Sequence record: MT939492.1 | Strand: one strand, 5' to 3' | DNA length: 64,000 nucleotides | Shown: piece after piece, positions 56,543 to 64,000 of the stretch | Numbering within the stretch: position 1 is the first letter of the stretch | Layout of the letters: each line of letters begins with the position of its first letter | Position numbers and translations under genes: made by a program | Notes under the pieces: generated by a model | Told to the model about the DNA's origin: nothing | Seen by the model: the letters and a program-made list of their open reading frames with translations, nothing else | The model's database searches: none

Positions 56543-59479
56543 TTAGTTCCAGTTCAGCGGAACGATGTCCTGAGGAGCACCACCGCTGACCGAGATGCCC
56601 GAACCGATCGCCGTCGCCGAAGGACGATAGTTGCCGATGCGGGTAACCTTGTTGATGTTCAACGAAGTGATCGACGATGCGCCAGTGACAATCGTGCCGA
56701 TGAACATGTTGATTGCCGACTCTGGCACTTCTGCCAGCTGAATGACGTACTGCAACTGACCTGCCACCAGACGCACGTAGACGTAGAACGTCTTATTGGC
56801 CGGTGCGGGATCGATCTCGTTGAGGAAGATCGTAACCGGCTCCAGGACATACTTGCGCCCAGACAGGATAACGTCAGTCGGTTCGGTGAAGGACACGTTC
56901 CACTGCGCCGGTTTGAGCATGGATAGCAGCACGAGGTTCGTCGGATTCTTCGTGGTGAGGTTGTACAGCTCTGCCTCGGTATCGCCCTCGATCGTGTAGG
57001 TGACCTTGGAGAACGAATCGTAGCCGGAGTTGCAGCGCGTGATGCACATCCCCTTACCCGGAATGAACACACGCTTGGACACACCGTTGCTCACGTCGCT
57101 GACGGAGACGCCCACCTTCTCGAACTTACGCGTGGCCTTGTTCAGTGCCCATCGCCACGTCGGATAGCCAGAGCTACCGTTACGTTGCACATGACGCCCA
57201 CCGTGACCGCTGAGGAACCAGTAGTTGTCCGATTCGATCATGGCCATCGCGCCAGCGCGGCGCTGAGTGGACAGGTTCATGCTAATGCCCGTCACGTTGG
57301 AATCGGTGGCCACGTTGATCAGCGAAGCGTCATCCCACGTGATACCGGTGATCGTTCCGTTCTTCGTATTCGGCTCAGCCAGGATCATGGCTGTACTTAC
57401 CCGCGCATTGTCCTGCAGATACGTCGCAGCGACCATCGCAGGTCCGGTACGGGGAATCATCCATTCCACGGTGAAGTCGGCCTCGTTGGCCGTCAGAGGC
57501 GGATTGAAGGCCGCAATGACCTTTGCCTTCATCTGAGCGCGGACGCTATCGAAGAAGGCCTCAGTGATTGCCAGCGTGTGCGTGTAGGTCAGGTCGGAGT
57601 TGATGCCGCGATAGATCAGGTTTCGCTGACCATGAACCAGTGACACCTGATCCACGGTGAACTGATTGAGGTTGCTCAACTTGGTCTCTGTCATCATCAT
57701 GTACGTGAGTTCAGACAGGCCAACTCGCAATTCGCCCAACTCCAGTCGATAAGCCCGGGGGATCGAGCCCTGCAGCGTACCGAAGTCCAGTGAGGGGTAT
57801 GTGAAGCTGGTCTCGTAGCCGACGTCCCCGTAGGCCATGTGCTCCTGCCAGCGCCCGGTCAGGGAGTTGCCTTCGCAGTGCACCATCACCTTGTTGTTGC
57901 CAAGGAAGATGGGAGCGCCGAAGCGTCGACCGAACGCGCCACCGAACTGAGGAGAGAAGCTGACCGAAAGCGAGGACGACTGCGGAGTGTCCTGCGTCGG
58001 ATCAAGCAGCGCGGATATCTTGGCCGTACCTGCGAACTTGCGACGAACCAGCTGATGGCTGTAGCTACCCCACCAGTTCATCTGCGAAAGCATGTAGCAG
58101 GGAACCACGGTGCCGTTGGCCTGACGCTCGTAGGTGAACAGGTAGTCCGTACCGCGATCGCTTACAGAGCCGCGCACACGGGCATTCAGAGGACCACTGA
58201 AGACAATATTGGCTCCGTTGGTGGTAACCTTCATCGGTGCTACCGGAGGACTGGTCTGACCGAGTACTTCGATCGGCGAAACCTTCTTGTTGATGAAGTC
58301 GATCTTGAACGTCCACACCCAAACGTTCCAGGTGGAACGCGAGGCCTGACCCGGAGGATTCCAGTTGAACTGGAACTGGTTCTCGTAGTTGGCATGGTAG
58401 ACGCCATCTTCCATTGCACCGTGGATACCCGCACGATTGGCAGGCGAGCGGATCATGGTGATGCTGATCGTGGAGCTGTCCGGGGTCTCCCACTGAATGA
58501 GCGGCAGCTTGCTCGCATCGGCACTGGTGCCTACCTGAGTCATCCGGATGGTCGGCTGATTCGTACGCCGGGTGCCGTAGAGATCGGTCACGTCCCAATC
58601 CGTCTCGGTACGCACTTCGGTGATATTGCCAGCGCGCACCTGGCTTTCGGCAATCGAGTAGACAGAGATCGATGCACCATCCGCGTTGCTACCGCGAGGG
58701 TTCAGGAAATAGATCCTGCCCGCCAGATAGGTGACGTCAACTCGACTGCAGTTGTAACCGCTATCGACGTCGAACCATTCTGCCGGCAGCATGTTGGTGG
58801 GAATGTGTGCTCCGATGTGCGCGGAGTCGTCGAACGTACCGCCCGCCATCGCAAGAAACACAGCCACATCACCGGAAGCATTGTTGGAGCGACCGAAGAT
58901 GACGTCGCGATTGGAGCGGAAGAGCATGTCCGCATAGCGGCCGGCGCCTGCCAGGAACGCTGGAGCGTAGCGACGGGAGGTGACACGAATGGCCATCTGC
59001 ACAGCCTGGTTCAACGGATCGAGCACGTAGGAGTAGTAGATACCCTTCGTACCGCCATCCGTACCGGCGCGCAACATGACCAGCGTTCCATCGTCTTCGA
59101 TGTTCATCGCAACGTGGAGATTGTCGGTCGGAGCGATTGCACCCTCGTAACTACCGGAGACACCCACTGGCAGGAAGTTCAGTGCGCCATAGCGACTGAT
59201 GGGCAGAACACCCACTGGCACGCGGCCGGTGAGCATGGTGTCAAGCTCAGCCTTGGAATAAGCGTTGACCTGTGCCGGGGTGACTTGATGCACGTTGGCG
59301 CGGTTGGAGATGTGGTCGGTGCTACCGGCTTTCACATTGGCGATGACCGCCGCCTTGTTCTGACTCATCCACTTCAAGGCATTGTCAGCCTTGAGGACAA
59401 GGGTTGCTTTGGCGCGGAACAGCACACCCAGACGGGTGAAGAACCGGTCGATGGCCTGCTTTGCGGGCGAGATATCCAT
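56543..59479 (-). CDS. Large tail fibre/baseplate protein
   Basis: NVHQVTPAQV, RAGTDGG and C-terminal PANKTFYVY..ISVSGGAP. Confidence 0.75.
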   Translation of the reverse strand: MDISPAKQAIDRFFTRLGVLFRAKATLVLKADNALKWMSQNKAAVIANVKAGSTDHISNRANVHQVTPAQVNAYSKAELDTMLTGRVPVGVLPISRYGALNFLPVGVSGSYEGAIAPTDNLHVAMNIEDDGTLVMLRAGTDGGTKGIYYSYVLDPLNQAVQMAIRVTSRRYAPAFLAGAGRYADMLFRSNRDVIFGRSNNASGDVAVFLAMAGGTFDDSAHIGAHIPTNMLPAEWFDVDSGYNCSRVDVTYLAGRIYFLNPRGSNADGASISVYSIAESQVRAGNITEVRTETDWDVTDLYGTRRTNQPTIRMTQVGTSADASKLPLIQWETPDSSTISITMIRSPANRAGIHGAMEDGVYHANYENQFQFNWNPPGQASRSTWNVWVWTFKIDFINKKVSPIEVLGQTSPPVAPMKVTTNGANIVFSGPLNARVRGSVSDRGTDYLFTYERQANGTVVPCYMLSQMNWWGSYSHQLVRRKFAGTAKISALLDPTQDTPQSSSLSVSFSPQFGGAFGRRFGAPIFLGNNKVMVHCEGNSLTGRWQEHMAYGDVGYETSFTYPSLDFGTLQGSIPRAYRLELGELRVGLSELTYMMMTETKLSNLNQFTVDQVSLVHGQRNLIYRGINSDLTYTHTLAITEAFFDSVRAQMKAKVIAAFNPPLTANEADFTVEWMIPRTGPAMVAATYLQDNARVSTAMILAEPNTKNGTITGITWDDASLINVATDSNVTGISMNLSTQRRAGAMAMIESDNYWFLSGHGGRHVQRNGSSGYPTWRWALNKATRKFEKVGVSVSDVSNGVSKRVFIPGKGMCITRCNSGYDSFSKVTYTIEGDTEAELYNLTTKNPTNLVLLSMLKPAQWNVSFTEPTDVILSGRKYVLEPVTIFLNEIDPAPANKTFYVYVRLVAGQLQYVIQLAEVPESAINMFIGTIVTGASSITSLNINKVTRIGNYRPSATAIGSGISVSGGAPQDIVPLNWN

Positions 59480-59557
59480 GCGAGTACCTTGTAGCTGAAA
59501 TAAAGGAAATAAGGGCTCCCTGCCCGATGCATAGCATCAGGCAGAGAGTAGACCTTA

Positions 59558-60283
59558 TCAGCGTATCCACGCGGCATTGAGTTGCTCTGGATTCATCGGC
59601 ATGCCTTCCGTACGGGGAATGCTGCCACCCGTCGGCAATTGGGAGATCGTGAACGTATCCAAACGCTGGCGCGATGACCCGAAGGACACCGTGATATTGC
59701 CGCTGGCATCGGTACGCACTGTCGCCATGTACATGCGATTGAGGGTTTCACTCAAACGCTCAGCGCTGACCACGTAGACAGGAGAACCTTCACTCATGGA
59801 GACGTAGACGTGAATGTCCTTGCTTGCGTAATCAGCCAGAGCACTGAAGATCGTACCCAGGTTCAGAGTCGTCGCCCCAAGTGCAAAGAAACGACCCAAC
59901 ATCAGAACAGACTGCGCCCGGATGGTGAACTGCTTGCCGGAGTAAGGCCAGATCAACAGCGTGTTGGTCGTACCCAGTCCCGTTGCCGAGATGGGTAGGA
60001 TACCGGAGGGGATCAGCCCTGCGAGCAGAGCATCAATCTCCGGGATGGTGTACACGCCCACGTTGGCAGCGGTGTCAACATGCGGATTGCTCCGACTGTT
60101 GATGTGCGCTACTTGCGTAGCTTCCGCTTCGGTGGTGAGCGCCGCCAGTGCTGTGTTCTCCAGCCTGTCCGCATTGTCCGAGGCATAGGCGGCGGCCCTC
60201 TTGGCCGCCGCCAACTCATTGATAGCCGCGGGGATACGATCAATGGCTTCCTGCAGGTCTTGCAAGTCCTGTTCTCTACTCAT
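59558..60283 (-). CDS. Short paralog of the two preceding fibre proteins
   Basis: NPHVDTAA..PSGILPIS joined directly to the C-terminal module. Confidence 0.7.
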   Translation of the reverse strand: MSREQDLQDLQEAIDRIPAAINELAAAKRAAAYASDNADRLENTALAALTTEAEATQVAHINSRSNPHVDTAANVGVYTIPEIDALLAGLIPSGILPISATGLGTTNTLLIWPYSGKQFTIRAQSVLMLGRFFALGATTLNLGTIFSALADYASKDIHVYVSMSEGSPVYVVSAERLSETLNRMYMATVRTDASGNITVSFGSSRQRLDTFTISQLPTGGSIPRTEGMPMNPEQLNAAWIR

Positions 60284-60300
60284 TGTCGTATCCCTTTCAG

Positions 60301-63300
60301 TCAGCCCAGATCGGTTGCTGCGTCGTTGAACGATTCGGTCAAGCTTGCGATCAGCAGGTCCATGTCGGCACTTGCAGAACCGAAGATCTTGACTTCCTCG
60401 AACGAACCGTCGCCCAGGCCAGCAAACAGGCGCCCGGTGATCTGGTTGTTGTACATGCGACCCGGCAGGATCAGTTCATCGGCCGACAGATCCGAAGGTG
60501 CCCAGCCCGAACCCGACCACTGCTGCACGGCGCCGGTACGGCCATCGATGATGGTCGGACGCGAACCCGGGAGCGAGTCGTACAGGAAACGAGAGGGGTT
60601 GTTCAGACCCATGTAGCCGATGCTGACCGGACCATCGAACACGGACAGTTCCGGCAGATCGTCCACGGAGAACGAGAGCTGCGCAGCTGCCACGTAGTTC
60701 TTCAAGCGCGCATCGCCCGGCTGGATGGTAGCGGAGCCGGTGGAGTCGAGGATGAAGTCGGTGGTGCGGACAGTGAAGACCTTGCCGACACGGGTGACAC
60801 GGATACGGCAGCCGCCCAGCTGGTAGGCCCAGCCAGTGTTGCCGGTGATCTCGCTGCCGTTGAGGCGACGGGTGTCGCTCTGGACGCCATCGCCCCACTT
60901 CAGCTTGTTGGTCGACTTGATCAACTTGCTGTCGCGCTGACCCAGATCGTACTGGATACCCATCAGCGCCATCGGAGCGGTGGTGTTGCCGGCAGGAACG
61001 TGCTGCGTGGTCAGACCAGCAGCGAAGCCCAGCGAACCACCCGGGGTACGCGTCACGGTGATGGTGCGGATGATGCCGCCATCGTCCACGGCGCCGATCA
61101 CCAGACCGACCAAGCCCTTGGTTGCCGAACGGCTGTCAACCAGCACTTCGAAATCGAAATCATCGAAGGTCTCATTGGACAGCAGACCGACCACACGCGG
61201 ACTGGTGCGGCTGTTCTCGGTACGAGTGGTCGTGGTGTTGTACGTCCACGCTGCGTTGTCGGCAGCGTCACCATTGGGCTCACCTTCGGCGTTGATGGAC
61301 ACACGACGGTAGGTGTTGACCAGCTCGGTCGGGTCGTCCGCATCGCCCTGCATCGAGGCCAGCTCGGAATCGTTCAACACGATGCCCAGACGGCTCACGA
61401 CACGGCTCAGCGAAGCACCCGGGTCACCGTTATCTTCATCCGTGAACAACACCTGACCACGCTTGCCGGAGTACAGCGAAGTGTCCAGCTTGCGGGCCAA
61501 GCGAGAGTCGACCTCGCCCGTGGTGTAAGCGCCGACCTGAGCGGCCGTCACTTCATGCGGGTTGTCCTTGCGGTTGGCGTGACCATCCACACCGCCAGAG
61601 ATCAGCGGCATGACGAACTGCTTGACGCGCAGCGGGGTCATGTAACGGGTATTCAGTTCACCGGCGATCGCTTCCTGTTCGGATGCGACTGCGTAGTTCA
61701 GAACCGAGCCCAGACCAACCTGAGCCTTCGTCACCTGATGGGGGTTATCCAGGTTGCCGATGTGCGGGCCGACCACGTCGTTGTCGTACGTGGCCATCGC
61801 CGTGCGAACACCCAGCGGCGTCACGTACTTGTTGTTGACCGCCGTGGCTTCCAGACGACCTGCCGCCTGCATTTCTGCGGTGGTAGCAACGCCGTAGTCC
61901 TGCACGGAACCCAGACCGACTTGCGCCTTGGAAACCTTGTGCGGGTTGTCGGTACGTGCAGCGAACGGATCGAAGACCGTGGCCTTGAAATCGCCGACGA
62001 CGGCCTTGACCAGCGAAGGCGTCATGTACCGCGTGTTCAGCGAACCTTCCAGCGCTTCCTGCGTATTGGCAATCGCGTAGTTCTGGACAGAGCCCAGTCC
62101 CACTTGTGCCTTGGTCACTTCGTGCGGGTTGTCCTTGCGGCTGGAGTGCTGACCGACGACGTCCGTCATTTGTGCAGCAATGGCCTGCTTGGTACGCGCC
62201 GGGGTCATGTAGGCCGTGTTGATGTCACCGGACTCAGCCTGCTGCTGCGTTGCGATCGGGTAATCCTGGACCGACCCCAGACCCACCTGCGCCTTGGAGA
62301 CACGGTGCGGGTTGTCGTAGTTGGTCACGTGACCACCGGTCAGCTCGCCACTGATCTGATTGACCATGTAGCGAACCAGCAGCGGCGTCATGTAGCGATC
62401 GTCACGCTCACCAGCCAGAGCTTCCTGCTCGGTTGCGATCGGGTAGTTCTGCACGAAGTTCAGGCCAACCTGCGCCTTGGTCACCTTGTGCGGATTACCG
62501 AAATCGTTGGCATGGGACGTGAACAGATCACCCACCTGCTTCTTGACGGCCTGCGCGGTACGCTGGGGCGTCATGTAGCGAGTGGAGGACGTACCGTCTT
62601 CGGCTTCACCCTGCGTGGCGATGGCATAGTTCAGCACGCTACCCAGACCGACTTGCGCCTTGGTGACTGCATGCGGATTCTGCTTGTCCTGGAGGTGCGC
62701 TTCCAGGCGCTGGTCCAGAATCGCATTGACACGCAGCGACACGCCCGCAGGGGTCATGTAGCGCTGGTTGCTGCCGCCGTTGGTCGCTTCGACGTCCGAG
62801 GCGATGGGGTAGTCGGACACGTTGCCGAGACCGACCTGACCCTTGGTGACCTTGTGCGGGTTGTCTTCATCGTTGGCGTGCTCGTCGAACAGACCACGCA
62901 TGGTCGCGATGCGACCGTCCAGCTGCGAGATCTTGTTGTTGACGTGCGCCATGATGGCGTCTTCCACGGCACCGGAACCGGTCAGGATCGCAGTGACCAT
63001 GTTCTCCAGAACGGGGATCAGGTACTCGAAGCCGTAGAGGTCGCCGATATCGTGCAAGTGGTCCGACGGAGCGAACGTCTCGGGCAGGCCGATGATGTCG
63101 CCCCAGTACACCGGACGGTTGTCGATGTTGAGGTTGTCGATGGCATCCTGCAGCGCGCCGGCCGAAACACTGAACTCACCGCCCACGACCTGGTAGAAGA
63201 TCTCCAGATCCGAGGGGACGAGGGTGTCGGTGATGACGATGGCGCAGCAGACTTCCAGACCCGTGACGACCGAGGCATCCTGATAGAACTCGGTGCACAC

Positions 63301-63507
63301 GTACTGCGTCTTGGGTTCCAGAACCTTGCCGGTGGATTTGACGCGGACCCGCAGGCCTTCGGTGTAGAAGGCGCCGTACTTGGGGACGATGACACGATTC
63401 TTCCGGCTCGCCGACGTCGCACCGATGTTGTGCGGCTCCGCCTGAACCAGATTGTTCGTGCTCCGCCCGGTCAGGTCCAGGGGATAACGAATGATGAGCG
63501 AGGGCAT
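60301..63507 (-). CDS. Tail fibre protein with NPHxVTKAQVGL repeats
   Basis: 7 full and 1 partial repeats of about 60 aa; N-terminus YPLDLTG...KYGAFY; beta-rich C-domain. Confidence 0.82.
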   Translation of the reverse strand: MPSLIIRYPLDLTGRSTNNLVQAEPHNIGATSASRKNRVIVPKYGAFYTEGLRVRVKSTGKVLEPKTQYVCTEFYQDASVVTGLEVCCAIVITDTLVPSDLEIFYQVVGGEFSVSAGALQDAIDNLNIDNRPVYWGDIIGLPETFAPSDHLHDIGDLYGFEYLIPVLENMVTAILTGSGAVEDAIMAHVNNKISQLDGRIATMRGLFDEHANDEDNPHKVTKGQVGLGNVSDYPIASDVEATNGGSNQRYMTPAGVSLRVNAILDQRLEAHLQDKQNPHAVTKAQVGLGSVLNYAIATQGEAEDGTSSTRYMTPQRTAQAVKKQVGDLFTSHANDFGNPHKVTKAQVGLNFVQNYPIATEQEALAGERDDRYMTPLLVRYMVNQISGELTGGHVTNYDNPHRVSKAQVGLGSVQDYPIATQQQAESGDINTAYMTPARTKQAIAAQMTDVVGQHSSRKDNPHEVTKAQVGLGSVQNYAIANTQEALEGSLNTRYMTPSLVKAVVGDFKATVFDPFAARTDNPHKVSKAQVGLGSVQDYGVATTAEMQAAGRLEATAVNNKYVTPLGVRTAMATYDNDVVGPHIGNLDNPHQVTKAQVGLGSVLNYAVASEQEAIAGELNTRYMTPLRVKQFVMPLISGGVDGHANRKDNPHEVTAAQVGAYTTGEVDSRLARKLDTSLYSGKRGQVLFTDEDNGDPGASLSRVVSRLGIVLNDSELASMQGDADDPTELVNTYRRVSINAEGEPNGDAADNAAWTYNTTTTRTENSRTSPRVVGLLSNETFDDFDFEVLVDSRSATKGLVGLVIGAVDDGGIIRTITVTRTPGGSLGFAAGLTTQHVPAGNTTAPMALMGIQYDLGQRDSKLIKSTNKLKWGDGVQSDTRRLNGSEITGNTGWAYQLGGCRIRVTRVGKVFTVRTTDFILDSTGSATIQPGDARLKNYVAAAQLSFSVDDLPELSVFDGPVSIGYMGLNNPSRFLYDSLPGSRPTIIDGRTGAVQQWSGSGWAPSDLSADELILPGRMYNNQITGRLFAGLGDGSFEEVKIFGSASADMDLLIASLTESFNDAATDLG

Positions 63508-63563
63508 GTTGACTCCGTGAAAGCTTGGCGGGAGGATTACTCCCGCCTAACCGGATGGATGAC

Positions 63564-64000
63564 TTAGGCGGCCAGACCGAATGCGACGTAGCTCCAACCC
63601 TGCACACCGATACCGTCCCAGCGGAAGCGGAAACCGGTAGCGCCAACGCCGTCGACGGACTGCATCGAGCGGGAAGGCGAGCCGTTGGTGATGTCGTGAG
63701 ACAGCGCCACGGTGGCGGGGCGGTTGGCGAACTGACGCATGAACGGGGTGAAGATGTTGTTCTGCGTGCTGGAGATCCAGCCGAAGCAGACCAAGATCGG
63801 CCCGATGCGAGCGTAGCCACGCTGACCGTTGCCGTAGTTCTCCACGTTGCCCGAACCATCGCCGATACCCAGCGATACCAGGTACTGACGCAGCGCATCT
63901 GCCGGAACGTAGCGACCGCCCGTACCGTTGCCGATATCCCATGCGGACGCGGCAGGCCAGTCGTTCAGGCTACCCAGGCCGACTTGACCCTTGTCGGTCC
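63564..64000 (-). CDS. Tail fibre protein, C-terminal part (truncated by the window edge)
   Basis: Frame is open to the edge: KGQVGLGSLNDW...GYARIGPILVCFG...ATGFRF..WSYVAFG (fibre C-terminal lectin-like domain). Confidence 0.75.
   Translation of the reverse strand, partial: TDKGQVGLGSLNDWPAASAWDIGNGTGGRYVPADALRQYLVSLGIGDGSGNVENYGNGQRGYARIGPILVCFGWISSTQNNIFTPFMRQFANRPATVALSHDITNGSPSRSMQSVDGVGATGFRFRWDGIGVQGWSYVAFGLAA

Overview
This 64 kb window is part of a GC-rich jumbo phage genome of the phiKZ-like (Chimalliviridae-type) group. Five markers support the assignment: a phiKZ-type major capsid protein, a DnaB-like helicase, a beta subunit of the non-virion RNA polymerase, a portal protein and RuvC, in the gene order recalled for that group. 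Positions 1-15.7 kb hold small accessory genes, including an ATP-grasp ligase, a CYTH-domain protein, a DUF488-like protein, an HslV/proteasome-like pair and several tandem paralog families. Positions 15.8-19.5 kb form a small structural island, 22-39 kb is the conserved core, and 39-64 kb is a tail-fibre/baseplate cluster. The strongest observations are: (1) a tandem array of seven tail-tip paralogs with a conserved anchor and a C-terminal scaffold that keeps three framework motifs around hypervariable segments; (2) a shared acidic linker ending in 'ASTE|S', a predicted head-protease site, that joins extra domains to both the portal (a ParB/Srx-like domain) and the CYTH protein; (3) a family of intergenic hairpins flanked by (GG)CATA...TATG(CC), often with no U-tract; (4) a four-copy early-promoter-like motif, one copy of which precedes a candidate small RNA. 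No CRISPR array, tRNA, integrase or reverse transcriptase was seen. All homology calls come from motif recognition by eye, not from database searches.
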